Positions 51,426-64,000 of a DNA stretch of 64,000 nucleotides are shown piece by piece. The DNA lies in the NCBI RefSeq assembly GCF_001194135.2, contig NC_069006.1:17617048-17681047 (forward strand), read 5' to 3'. Made by a program: the position numbers and the translations under genes. The DNA comes from Octopus bimaculoides. Its lineage: Eukaryota. The notes under the pieces are model-generated. The model was not told the DNA's origin. It ran no database searches and was given only the letters and a program-made list of their open reading frames with translations. Within the stretch, counting starts at the first letter, position 1, and each line of letters starts with the position of its first letter.

Positions 51426-51664
51426 CTCTGTGTGTGTGTGTGTGTGCCTCTGTGTGTGTGAGTGACATGTCATACACACATACACACACATTAGACATTA
51501 GGCATATTCAAACAATGATTAACACATACAAAACACACGCTCTAGTAGGAGGATATTGACATTGGAATTTGGAGTTAAACAGTAGAAACCACAAAATCAT
51601 TTTATAGAAGTAGCAATTTTATTTTCTCCACTTCTAACCCATTTAAATAACAACTAGTAGTCTC

Positions 51665-51895
51665 TGTTTTAGAAGGCTTCTGGGCCCCTTTTTGTGTGTG
51701 TGTTTGATTCAATACCATTTGTTGTTCTTTAGCCCTGCTGACCGTTTCTGCTTTTTTAAATTTTTTTTTTAGGCCATATTTGAAAGCTTCTAGACCCCCT
51801 TTTGTGTGTGTTTGTGTGTTTAATACAATATCATTTTCTGTTGTTAGCCTCTAATGTTAGCCTTTGCTGACAGTGTCTGCTTTTTTATTTTTTAT
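51665..51895. repeat. Diverged tandem duplication, unit about 115 bp
   Basis: gcttct.g.cccc..ttttgtgtgtg...tagcc..tgctgac.gt.tctgctttttta occurs twice in tandem. Confidence 0.65.
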
Positions 51896-52381
51896 TTGGA
51901 CACAGTATAGGAAGGACTACTTTAGCTATGAGTGTCCTTTGTTTTTGAGTGGGGTGTGCTTAACGTTATTGAACACATGAAGGGCCTTTTCATTGTCTCA
52001 TAGTGTTTTGTTGTTCTCTAGTTCCAAATTGAGCAGCGTTATGATCAAAAGTGTTCCATTTAGGACCCTCCATGTTTCTTAGAGGATTATTTTAATTTCA
52101 GAGTCAGTTCCTATTTCTTTATTGTAAGCTGGTAGGGTGTGATTTTCGGGCAATTTGGTTGCCATTTTTAGCTGTTAAGGAAGGAAAGGCACCCTCTCAT
52201 TTGTTAATTTAGAATTACACTTTATACATCTGTGTGTGTGCGTGTTCATACACTTCCACACAAATGTAATACTCAACTGTGCTCTACACATGTACAGCAT
52301 ACTGGTCGGCAGAGAAACTTGATGGTTACTGCTGCAAAGTTTGTTCTTTCACTGTCACTGCTGCTAGCAATCTGACATTAA

Positions 52382-52441
<60 letters not shown>

Positions 52442-53267
52442 CGCTTGGTTGGCAGTCTTGTTCAGCCATTTCTCTTCTCCTTCCCCTTTTCCAGATGTAA
52501 ATGTTTCCCCAAGAAAAGAGAGGAGGAANNNNNNNNNNNNNNNNNNNNNNNNNNNNNNNNNNNNNNNNNNNNNNNNNNNNNNNNNNNNNNNNNNNNNNNN
52601 NNNNNNNNNNNNNNNNNNNNNNNNNNNNNNNNNNNNNNNNNNNNNNNNNNNNNNNNNNNNNNNNNNNNNNNNNNNNNNNNNNNNNNNNNNNNNNNNNNNN
52701 NNNNNNNNNNNNNNNNNNNNNNNNNNNNNNNNNNNNNNNNNNNNNNNNNNNNNNNNNNNNNNNNNNNNNNNNNNNNNNNNNNNNNNNNNNNNNNNNNNNN
52801 NNNNNNNNNNNNNNNNNNNNNNNNNNNNNNNNNNNNNNNNNNNNNNNNNNNNNNNNNNNNNNNNNNNNNNNNNNNNNNNNNNNNNNNNNNNNNNNNNNNN
52901 NNNNNNNNNNNNNNNNNNNNNNNNNNNNNNNNNNNNNNNNNNNNNNNNNNNNNNNNNNNNNNNNNNNNNNNNNNNNNNNNNNNNNNNNNNNNNNNNNNNN
53001 NNNNNNNNNNNNNNNNNNNNNNNNNNNNNNNNNNNNNNNNNNNNTTATAATAAACTTTCCGTCTCCCTATCTACCCCTTCCCCACTTCCTTTACTCTTGT
53101 TAGTGTTTACTTCCACTAGCAAAAAAAACAAAAAAACCCTGCTCCCTGCCCCCCCCCTTTTCTCTCGTCCCTCCCTTGTAAATACAGGGGTGTTGTTAAG
53201 AGAGGTTGGAGAGGTGTATGTGTGAGTGTATATTTATACACACATGCATGTGTGTGTATATATATCT

Positions 53268-53640
53268 ATATCTTTTACTTGTTTCAGTCATTCATCTGTG
53301 GTCATGCTGGGGCACTGCCTTGAAGAATTTTAGTCAAATCAATCGACCCTAGTATTTTTTTTATTATTGTTTTATTGGTCTCTTTGGCAAAACTGCTAAG
53401 TTATGGAAACGTAAACACATCAACACTGGTTGTCAAGCAGTGATAGGGGACAAACACAGGTATATATAAACACACACACGACACATTTCTTAAATTTTCT
53501 GTCTAAATCCACTCACAAGGCTTTGGTTAGCCCAATGCTGTCATAGAAGATACTTGCCCAAGGTGCCGTGCAGTGGGACTGAACCCAGATCCATGTGGCT
53601 GGAAAGCAAACTTCTTACCACACAGCCACTCCTGTACCTA
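53268..53640 (-). mobile_element. SINE family A, full length
   Basis: tcttttacttgtttcagtcattc...cttgcccaaggtgccgtgcagtgggactgaaccc...cttcttaccacacagccactcc. Confidence 0.9.
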
Positions 53641-54232
53641 TATATATATGTGTATGTGTGTGTGGTTCAAAGAGCTGAAACAACTGAAAAACTACTCATG
53701 GTTTAGAGTATCATTATGCTGAGAGATGCGTTTCTGATGTTAACTTTCCAGTTTCATAAATGCTAGATCAGCCACAGAACCATGATGGATCACACACAAA
53801 TTGTTTCTTACCAAGCGTAATGTTGTAGCCATCTCAAGCAGCCCTGTGTCTGAAACATCTTGAGGAATACGCACACACACATACACACACAATTTTGTCA
53901 GCTACTTCATGACGAGCCCTGGATTATAGTGACACACTTCTCTTTGTGTACATTATATATCCAGTAACAAACATGAGCAAGCCAATGGTCACAGCTGAAA
54001 GAACACCTTTGCTCTTAGTTTGTGATCAATTGGCTCTACATTGCAACTAAACAACAGATGTATCTGGTAATGTAGTTGTTCACAGCCTTTAAAAACAAAA
54101 TGGGACGATCACAGCTAGATAACCTTTAGATTGATCTGGTTCTAAGCAACAACAATGTACATGTAACTTTTGAACCAAGGAAGATCCATAACATGGCGAC
54201 CTGATCTGTTGGGAATAGCAGCCAAACATCTC

Positions 54233-54856
54233 TTAATCCTTTAGCATTTAAACCAGCCATATCCAGCTCAAATGGAGGCGCAATGACCCAGTGGTTAGGG
54301 CAGCGGACTCGCAGTCATAGGATCGCAGTTTTGATTCCCAGACNNNNNNNNNNNNNNNNNNNNNNNNNNNNNNNNNNNNNNNNNNNNNNNNNNNNNNNNN
54401 NNNNNNNNNNNNNNNNNNNNNNNNNNNNNNNNNNNNNNNNNNNNNNNNNNNNNNNNNNNNNNNNNNNNNNNNNNNNNNNNNNNNNNNNNTGTGCCTGTAA
54501 TTCAAAGGGTCGGCCTTGTCACACTGTGTCACGCTGAATATCCCCGAGAACTACGTTAAGGGTACACGTGTCTGTGGAGTGCTCAGCCACTTGCACGTTA
54601 ATTTCACTAGCAGGCTGTTCTGTTGATCGGATCAACTGGAACCCTCGACATCATAAGCGACGGAGTGCCAGCAAAAATCCAGCTCAAATACTCTACCTGT
54701 TTTATGTTTAAGTGTCCAGACTGGCCTCTCGCACATGCTCTATGATATTCTAAAAGTAAGCAATCACTTCATCGAAATCTTGAAGCTATAAGACAATGCA
54801 TGATTAATTCAAAATTATGTGAATAAATAAGCAATAGACAGGTTAATCTGAATGCT
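54233..54856. mobile_element. piggyBac-like non-autonomous element (MITE) interrupted by a SINE
   Basis: Begins ttaa-tcctttagcatt; body matches 62913-63142; right end aatctgaatgct then poly-A. Confidence 0.65.
54274..54676 (+). mobile_element. SINE family D, full length with 13-bp TSD
   Basis: ggaggcgcaatgacccagtggttagggcagcggactc...gacggagtgccagcaaa flanked by atccagctcaaat at 54261-54273 and 54677-54689. Confidence 0.9.
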
Positions 54857-55985
54857 GTAAAAAAAAAAAAAAAAAAAATAAGGGAAGGGTACATCGGATA
54901 ATGTAGTCCTAGATATATGAGCATTCCCTATATTATGAAAGCATTACATTCTTGAAAATCTGCCATGATGTGTAATTCTGCAATGCAAAACATTTACTCT
55001 GTTGACTTCCATGGATATCTGTGGAAAAACAAGTTTCATGTTACAGAATTCTGTGATAGAGCAAGATTTTCAGGACTGCATTCATTTGTGTGTGTGTGTG
55101 TGTGTGTGTACACACATATGAGGGGGTGCTGGAAAGTTCCTGGCTTTGGGTAAAAGAAAATACAGGAGGATCAGTTAGTTATGATTTTATTCAACATATT
55201 CTCCTCTTAGATTCACACACTCATTGCAGCGGTACTTCAGTTTTTCTAAGCCCTATACAAGAACTCAGAAGGTTGGGCCTCCAACAAGGCCTTTCATGTA
55301 ACTTAGTGGTTCACCAAAAGAGACCAATAATATAAGTACCAGGCTTCAAAAAGGAAAAAAAAAATCCTTGCTTGATACACTTAACTAGAAATTCTCTCGT
55401 GGTGATGCCGTAGCATGGCCATACCCCAGCATGGTGATGCCCCAGCATGGCCGCAGTCTAATGACTGAAACATGTAAAAGATAAAAGATGTCATTATGTG
55501 GCTTTTACATTCACACACACATACACACATGTGTATGTGTAAAAGTAGAAGATGCTTCAGATCATACTGTGCGCATACTCCTACATGATCCCTTTAATGG
55601 CTGGCCCTGTATACAAGATGGGATGATCGCAGCTGGTTCACTTTGAACATGGGTAAGTCAGCTGGAACAGTTCTGGCCCGTGGTGAAACAACAGCAACAG
55701 CATCAATAATCAATCTAGTTGTAGAGTAGATTTGTTGTATGAATAAATATTTGAACTGCACAGATTGACATGATCTATTGAATTAATATGTATTACGTAT
55801 TTCCTTGCTGATCTCATCTGTTGAAAACTTTAGACTTTGGTGGTATATTGCTGATATCAGAAAAGTCAGTAATTATAGGACTACGTAGCTACAGAGAGAG
55901 TTTGGATAGTCTTCAAACTTTTTGCAGCTATGTTATTTTGGTACAAGTTAATTGCTTAATTTCCTATCTTAGGTATTACAGTTTC

Positions 55986-56023
<38 letters not shown>

Positions 56024-56348
56024 ANNNNNNNNNNNNNNNNNNNNNNNNNNNNNNNNNNNNNNNNNNNNNNNNNNNNNNNNNNACACACACACACACACAC
56101 ACACACACAGATTTAATCTTGTGTTAGTTATTTTAGAACATATTTTTTTTACCAAGCATATGTGTGTGTGTAGTTTCCATAAATTGTTTGTCAGTAAGTG
56201 ATTCATATATAAACTCTGTGTTGTATAGAGGGCTTACAGCACATGCATGCACACACACACACCCTCCCTCTCACCTGATCTATTGCAACAGATTTGATGT
56301 ACAGGGTAATTAACCCGTATCTGCCACCTAGGCTGCAGCTGTTGCCTG

Positions 56349-56392
<44 letters not shown>

Positions 56393-57539
56393 ACACTCTC
56401 ATCTCATGCATAAATACAAAATATGCTCATACAGACACAAGGACATAAATTTGCTTACATACAAAACACATGTAAACACACAAAAACAAACATATACGCA
56501 CACATAAACACAAGCAAGCAGACACAGTCACAAGCATACACACATACAGAGAGAAGCACAAACACAGAAACACTGTGAGTTCCATGCTAAATGGTACCAA
56601 GTAGAGCATGACCAAAATTACAGTCATGGCAGTAACTGTACACATTGTGAAACATGTCAATATGTCTTTGTCTCTTTCATTTCTTGTAGAAACGAAGAGA
56701 AATGGGTTGTGGGTAGAGGTATATTGCATGTGAGAAGCTGGAGGGTGGGGCAATATGTAGTTCTGAAAGTATGTTTAGTCTGCCTAACTGAAGATCTCTG
56801 CTATATTCTTTACTTCATTCTTGGTTAAGTGGTTAAGCATCAGAAAGATAAATCAGTTGTTAAACACCTGTGCAAATATAAGGAATAATTTTTCAGAAAA
56901 TGAATTTGAAAATTGTGCATCTCTGGAGATGATTTGGTTGAGTAAGATGGCACTTAGAAAAAAAAGCAAGCTGTGAATCTTGAACCCAAATGTAAAATTT
57001 CTTCTTCTGTATGGGTTGGAAGACAGAAATAAACCAAAGCAACACTGCAAAGGGTCCAAACTTTCATCAGTGAATATCTGAGGAGAGTTGAGGAGTCTGC
57101 TGGTTTTGATTGACACACTTACTCTCAATTAAGGCTCCAATTCAATTACCATGAGAAGTGGACCTGAAGAAGCTGGTCACTCTTCTAGATGCCTAGCATC
57201 AAAGACTACATGGTAAGCATACATGAATGGCCTGTACTCTATTGAGAGGAGGAGAAGAAGAAGAAGAAGAAGAAGAAGAAGAAAAGAATATTTTAATTTG
57301 GCCACCCTCCCGGATGCTTCAGTGATTTTATGCGGGCACATCATCCCATGCATGTTCTTAATTCATCAACATTTGCCATTGCACTGTCTTGAAGTAAGTT
57401 GCCCACATAGGTTTTCTTCGCCTGTTGATTCTTTCCTTCACCTGACTGCCATAAGACCAGTTGACACACAGGTTCTTCTGAATAAAAGTGTTCTTTGAAA
57501 AGGAGGCAGGAAATCATTTATAAAAAGACTGGAAGGGAA

Positions 57540-57741
57540 ACTAAACCAGCCTTGTCAAGACCAAATATTCTACTTCCTTTATGTTCAGCCTCCCACCCGT
57601 ACCCTTCAATAAAATTCTAAAAAGTAAACTGATCATGTCATCGAAATCTTGAAGCTACAAAATAATGCTTGATGAATTCAAAACAAGGTGGATAAATATG
57701 CATAACATTTGACAAGTGTAAACTGAATGTTAAAGGGTTAA
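57540..57741. mobile_element. piggyBac-like MITE, left-truncated copy
   Basis: aaatattctac...atcgaaatcttgaagct...ctgaatgttaaaggg-ttaa. Confidence 0.65.
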
Positions 57742-57872
57742 CAGGCTGTTGTAATATGTTAATTCTTACATATTGGTTTAACAGGTTGTTTTAATATGCT
57801 AACTCCTACATCCTGGTTTAACAGACCTAACTCCGATATATTGGTTTAACAAGCTGTTTTAATACCCTAACT
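57735..57872. repeat. 40-bp minisatellite starting at the MITE terminus
   Basis: Units ggtttaacagg.tgtt.taatatg.taa.tc.tacat at 57735 and 57775, with shorter units at 57815 and 57843. Confidence 0.8.
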
Positions 57873-58504
57873 TTTGTTTGCAGTGAAAGAACTTGTACAA
57901 CTTGTCAGCAGGTGTAGGTATAGCAGAGCTCTACACAAGGTGCCATTTCAGTATCCCTTTTATTTTATAAGCCAGTGTTTAGCCTACAGTCAGGTCTGGT
58001 TGACTAGATTTATCATCAAAGACATTCCTACCATGACTATCTGTTGGTACATGTAGGATTACATTATCCAATGTTTTTTGTTGTTCTTTTTTAACAATAA
58101 TGGAATGTAGTTTGAGTAGTATTTGATAACTATTTCTAACAGGCTAAGTGACCACGTAGAGACGTCTTTGTTAATTTGAACAGCAAACTTTAGATTATCT
58201 AGTAGAAGCTACAAGTTCTTTTATATGAAAGATGTCATTTAGGCCTCTAGGTTCCTGGTGGTGATAATGAATATCATCATCCTCATTTACCTACCACCCC
58301 GACCAATATCAGCATCATTATTGTCACCACTATCATTATCAGCCTCATTCTTGTGTATGGTGTTTCATACTAGCATCAGTTTGTTGTGTTGAAGCTTCAG
58401 AACCAACCTCATGTCTGGAACCCCCCTTCCCATCACATTTTATTTTTCATTTTTTTATTTTTATTTTTAAAATAAGAAAGACAAGAAAATTCTCCAGAAG
58501 CTTA

Positions 58505-58900
58505 GGTACAGGTTTGGCTGTGTGGTAAGAAGTTTGCTTTCCAAACATATGGTTCTGGGTTCAGTCCCACTGTGTGGCACTTTCAGTAAGTGCCTTCTAC
58601 TATAACTCTGTGCCAACCGAAACCTTGTGAGTGTACTTGTTAAATAGAAACTGAAAGAAGCCTGCCATATATGTATATATCTGTGTATGTGCGTTTGTGT
58701 CTGTCTCCCCCATCCTCAATGCTTGACAGCCAGTGTTGGTCTGTTTATGTTCTCATAACTTAGCAGTTCAGCAAAAGTGACTCATGAAATAAGCATCAGG
58801 CTTTTAAAAAAAATGTACTGTGGTGGATTTGTTTGTCTAAAACCCTTCAAGGCAGTGCCCCAGCATGGCCACCATCCAATGATAGAAACAAATAAGTAAA
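58505..58900 (+). mobile_element. SINE family A, full length
   Basis: ggctgtgtggtaagaagtttgctttcc...ggcagtgccccagcatggccacc. Confidence 0.9.
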
Positions 58901-59324
58901 GGGAACTTCTGTGTAGTTGATTGACCTGCTAGGTAGAAATAGCAACCAAATCTCCCTCAAATCACAGTTTGATGTCCTCAAGAAGGATACTTTGGATGAT
59001 GTAGTTCTAGTGATACAATATCAGGAGAACAGGACAGTCATAGCTGGACCAACTTTGATCAGAGCTGTCCTGGGTCTCCATTACCCCAAAACTAAAAAGA
59101 GAAACTATGGTGTGATGTTCTGACAGTATGTAATAATAGGTCGAAACTCTGTGTGTGTGTGTGTGTGGGGGTCTGTCTGTCTGTCTGTCTCAATCATCTA
59201 GACTCTTCCAGAAGCATAAATAAAATGGTGTGGCAGTGGCAATAGAGAAAGAAGTTTTAATGGTTTTAATGATACTGTTCTCTAATTGCTTCTTACCAAG
59301 TCTTTCGTTTTTATTGTTGTCACC

Positions 59325-59500
59325 CGCCGCCACCACCACCACTGCCGCCGCCACCTTCAACATCATCATCGTTTCACCACCGTTTCCATTATTGTCTCCA
59401 CCATTACCATCATTACCATTATTGTCATCACTATCATCATCATGTTATCACCACCACCACCAACACCACCATTCCTGTCATCATCTTCATCATCTTCATC

Positions 59501-59538
<38 letters not shown>

Positions 59539-59790
59539 TGCAGTTTCACCACCATCATAATTATTGTCTCCACAATCATTGTCTCCATCATCACCATCAT
59601 CATGTTATCATCACCATTTTCATCATCATCATCATCATCACCAGTACCAAAGCAACAATCAGTTTTAACCATGATGTCTGCAATGCTAATAATGGTGATG
59701 GTGATTATTGTAATGTTACCAAAACCATTGTCCAGTGAACCAGTTATTATCCTGTCTTCAGTATTGGGAGACCATCATCATCACCAAACA
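59325..59790. repeat. Degenerate (CAT/CAC)n trinucleotide array
   Basis: Directly visible; source of His/Ser/Ile-rich pseudo-ORFs. Confidence 0.9.
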
Positions 59791-60686
59791 CGTCACCATA
59801 TTTTCCCTGTTCTTCTCTCCATCTCTCTGTCTCTCCATAGAATCTTTACCACCTCCTGCCCCTACATATAGCCACTACTGTCATCTATCACAGAAAGACA
59901 GACAGACAGACATCATTTGTCTGTTCTTACTACTTACACAAGCACACACCAGAGGGAAGACAACAGCCGATGTTTCAGTGTGATTACAGTCTGTAGTCTA
60001 TTCCATTCCGTTCTATTGTGGGGGTCTGGTCTTCCTATGCTTTGTTTCTTGTTGTTGTAACCATATTGCAAGTAATTTTATAGCTGTGCTTGTTAGTCTA
60101 CTAAACTAGTTACTGAATAAACTTAACTGACCTTTTATGGTAGTGCCTAGCTTTTATTATTATTTTTTTTTCTTTTAATTAAATTACTAACAACAAACAG
60201 TAACAAAACAAAAAGAAACCTTAGTGGAAATTTAGAATTATCATGAAACTATTGCTTCATCTTTTATGGGAAAGTGTGTGTGTGTGTGTGCACATGTATG
60301 TATTTTACATACACCCCCGTGTGTATGTGTATATTCAACGCATTTACATTTATTGATTTATTGTGCAGTTTAAGGAAAATCTGTTTAGCATTACTAGCAT
60401 CAATTGTTGTTGCTAACTCCTCACATCATTCACATCAATCTGATGTTGTTGTTGTTGTGCTACAGAAAAAACAAACTCTCGTTTCATTCTTACATGTTTA
60501 ATACTCTTCTGCCTCTGTTCTCTCTCTGTTGCTAACTCAATCCTTTACTGTTGCTAACACACATTCAATGACTTCTTATACAAAACATTAGTGGAGACTT
60601 TTTAATCTTCTTCTTCTTCTTCTTCTTCTTCTTCTTCTTCTTCTTCTTTTTTCTTCTTCTTCTTCTCCTCCTTCTCTTATTATTAT

Positions 60687-60835
60687 TAAGGTGGTGAGCT
60701 GGCAGAATCGTTAGCAAGCCAGGCAAAATGCTTAGCAGCATTTCATCCATCTTTATGTTCTGAGCTCAAATTCCGCTCAGTTCAGCTTTATCTTTAATCC
60801 TTTAGGGGTTGATAAAATAAGTACCAGTTGAGCAC
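60687..60835 (+). mobile_element. SINE family B, 3'-truncated
   Basis: aaggtggtgagctggcagaatcgttagcaagccaggcaaaatgcttagc...ataagtaccagttgagcac. Confidence 0.85.
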
Positions 60836-62060
60836 ACAGCCATCATTCTGATGAATCTATGTGTTATTGGGAGTTCTTGGTAGTTGCATTACTTTTCCCC
60901 TGTTGCCAATCTCCAGTAAGGACCAGTATTGAATGAACAGCCCTCATGTATGTGTGAGAGAGAGACAAAAGAGGGGGACACACACACACACACACACATA
61001 TAAGAGATAATTCAGAGTAAATTCTATTTTATCAAGAAATTTATCCTTGGAGTCCTTGGAAATATTGTTTCCCAGGATTCAAAAGGTGAAACCATAGTCA
61101 AACATATTTTACTCTACTTCCAGTACTGAATACTTTTTAACCATTGTCCTCTATTTATACATACATGCACATACACACACACAATACATTCATGTACATA
61201 CATGTGTGTGTGTGTGTGCATTTGAGGCTTTCTTATTATTCACTTTGCAGTTGTTAATGCTTCATTGCAGTTGTGTTATCATAGATGCGTGTTTATAACT
61301 TTGATTATTTCAACAGGCTCTATTATGGCCATCGTCATCAACATCATGATCCTTATCACTACCACCACCACCACCACTACCACTACCACCATCACCATCT
61401 TTCTTATCATTATTATTATTGTTATTATCACCATCATCTTCTATACCTGTCGGTGTTGTTATAGATTGAGTGGTTCCAAGTGACAGTTATTGTACAGTGA
61501 GCAATACAGATATTTTGATTGCCATGTCAAAAGTTTTCTCTCTTTCTTTCTGTTTTTCCACGTTTGTGATTTTATTGATTTCCGCTTGCTTTCTTGTCAA
61601 ATAAACTCTCTGGCCTGGTTATTGTGCCAGGGTATAGTGTTCAATCCCTTGGTTAAGTTCTTTTTTATCTTTTCTTTTGTTTTCCCTCCATCTTAAATTT
61701 TTTTTTCCACTCATTCTTGTCTTTTCTATATCATATTTCTTTCATTGAAAAACTGTGGTGATGTAGACACCCCCCCCTCTCTCTCCCCTCTCTCTCTCNN
61801 NNNNNNNNNNNNNNNNNNNNNNNNNNNNNNNNNNNNNNNNNNNNNNNNNNNNNNNNNNNNNNNNNNNNNNNNNNNNNNNNNNNNNNNNNNNNNNNNNNNN
61901 NNNNNNNNNNNNNNNNNNNNNNNNNNNNNNNNNNNNNNNNNNNNNNNNNNNNNNNNNNNNNNNNNNNNNNNNNNNNNNNNNNNNNNNNNNNNNNNNNNNN
62001 NNNNNNNNNNNNNNNNNNNNNNNNNNNNNNNNNNNNNNNNNNNNNNNNNNNNNNNNNNNN

Positions 62061-62098
<38 letters not shown>

Positions 62099-62912
62099 AA
62101 TAGATTGATAGAAAGATAGATAGATAAGATTAGATAGATAAGATTAGATAGATATATATAATATAAAGGTAAGATCCAAGAGTCGAGGTGTAGGAAGAAA
62201 GCAAGCTTCAAGCAATCTGTAGAAAGTTGTTTTCATACATTTTCTATATATATGAATGATAATGGACTAATGGACTTGCCTGTTGAATTTAGCATGAATG
62301 TCTAGTTGTTTGATCAAGTGGACAGCCTATTCATTGAATCAGTGTGTGAAGTGGCCGAGTATTCCATAAACACATGCACCTTTAATATTCTCAGAAGCAG
62401 GGCGATGTTAAGTGACTACTGGTTACAAGTACAGTCCATTTGATGAACTTCAAAACACTTCTCGTCTACCAAATTTCATTCCATCCATGGTTATAGTATA
62501 CATGTTTGCTCAAAATGTCACACTGAGAAATTGAACTTGAAATCTCATGGTCGTGAAGTGAACTAACCTCTTAACCACTCAGATGGTAACTTAGGAAATG
62601 TGTCTTCTATAGCCCCAGGCCAACCAATTGAAAGAAGACCATTGTATATGTATGCGAGTATGTGTGTGTATCTTTGTTTTCTTTAGGTTTGTGATTGCTT
62701 AAACAATAGGTTCAATGGCTAATGATTTCAGATGGACTGGTATCGAAAAGCTTATGTCTACAATCCAAGAACCGGAACAGTCCCTCTGGCGTGCTTTGGT
62801 CAACCTGACATGGTAGAAGACACTAGCCTATGGTTTCACACTCTGGCATTGAACTCAAAACCATATAGTTCCACAAAACTATGCCTCCACCCATGAAACT
62901 AAAAGCTTTCAC

Positions 62913-63142
62913 TTCACCCTTCAGCGTTTAAACAAACCATATTTGCCTCAAATATTCTACCTGCCTTATATTCAAACCAACCAGGTCCAGCTTCTCACAC
63001 TGGCCTTGCAATGTAATTCTAAAAATATACTGTCACATCATTGAAATCTTGACATTATGAGATGCATGATTAATTTAATTAAAGCCATTGTTAATAAATA
63101 AGCATTACATTTGACAGAGAAATCTGAATGCTAAAGGGTTAC
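62913..63142. mobile_element. piggyBac-like MITE, both ends present
   Basis: ttca-cccttcagcgtt ... aatgctaaaggg-ttac: imperfect 12-bp TIR with CCC/GGG termini and TTAA-like flanks. Confidence 0.65.
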
Positions 63143-63726
63143 ACTTCATATGTGACTGGCAGAAACATCAAGTTAAAAAGACGTTCCAGAGGTCATTCAT
63201 CGGGTGAGAAAATATAGATAAATGAAGGATATGGCTCTAGAAAATGTTGATGGTTTTCATCCCATGATGGCAATATGGTCATTATCTCTAGGTTTGTTAT
63301 TCAGCTATGGAGATAATTACATTATTTCTCAAACTAGTAAACATGAAAGAATTTCCAAATGATTCAAAACTACTTTGTTAGAGTAAAATTTGTGACTATT
63401 TACAACATTTTTTATTGTGCTCTACTCTCCAATGCTTCACATAGAAACAATTTCATTAGTAGTCACTATTAATTACAATTTTCGAAGGCTAATATAAAAA
63501 CAACCCTTGTTAATTATACTACTTCAATTATTTCATTTATTAATTTTTGTTGATACATTATATGTCAGTTTAATTAGGAAATGAACCCTGAGTACCTCTG
63601 AGTTTCAGTTATTTTTTTCATGTGATCAGGCCCACCGTCATCATCTTTTAATGTCCATCTACTATGCCAACATAGGTTGGATGGTTTGACAAGACTCAAT
63701 AGGCCTGAGGTTCGTATTGTTCTCCA

Positions 63727-64000
63727 ATGCATGGCATCTTGAGTCTTCTACTATAAGGCTCCGGCCAACCAAAGCCTTCTGAGAAAATTTGGTAGGTGGA
63801 AACTGTAAGAAGCCCAGCATGTGTGTCCGTGCCTTTGTGCTTGTCTCACCATCACTTGACAACCAATGTTGGTTTGTTAATATCCTTGTAACTTAGTAGC
63901 TTGGCAAAAGCAACTGATAGAATAAGTACCAGACTTAGACATAAAATGAGTATTTGTTGGACTAAACCCTTCAAGGCAGTGCCCCAGTATGGCCACAGTC
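63727..64000 (+). mobile_element. SINE family A, body and tail (runs off window)
   Basis: gagtcttctactataaggctccggccaaccaaagcc...ttcaaggcagtgccccagtatggccacagtc. Confidence 0.85.

Noticed and set aside
54274-54343. tRNA gene
   Set aside because: A- and B-box-like motifs are present but lead into a SINE body with TSDs; no complete acceptor stem. The same holds for all other tRNA-like heads

Overview
Eukaryotic, AT-rich, non-coding-dominated genomic DNA from a draft assembly, with 17 N-gaps totalling about 4.5 kb by my count, most abutting microsatellites. The sequence is saturated with (CA)n, (TA)n, (TATG)n, (CT)n and trinucleotide arrays. It also holds dozens of copies of a few short interspersed repeat families, labelled A-E here, three of them with tRNA-type heads. 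From memory these resemble the SINEs of octopus (coleoid cephalopod) genomes; this is recall, not a database result. No long ORF with a recognisable domain, and no rRNA, true tRNA or CRISPR array, is supported. Nearly all ORFs in the supplied track are microsatellite or N-gap artefacts. The window is probably intronic or intergenic and may hide short exons; a few low-confidence candidates are listed. The most notable signals are a minimal type I hammerhead-ribozyme-like motif at 25359-25395 of the kind carried by Penelope-like retroelements, a long isolated hairpin at 1589-1681, and closely spaced inverted SINE pairs that are potential dsRNA/ADAR substrates. Also notable are modular SINEs that swap tails, nested insertions with clear target-site duplications, a piggyBac-like MITE family, an interstitial telomere-like tract and a recursive-splice-site-like motif. 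Repeat boundaries are by eye and approximate to tens of bases unless a TSD fixes them.
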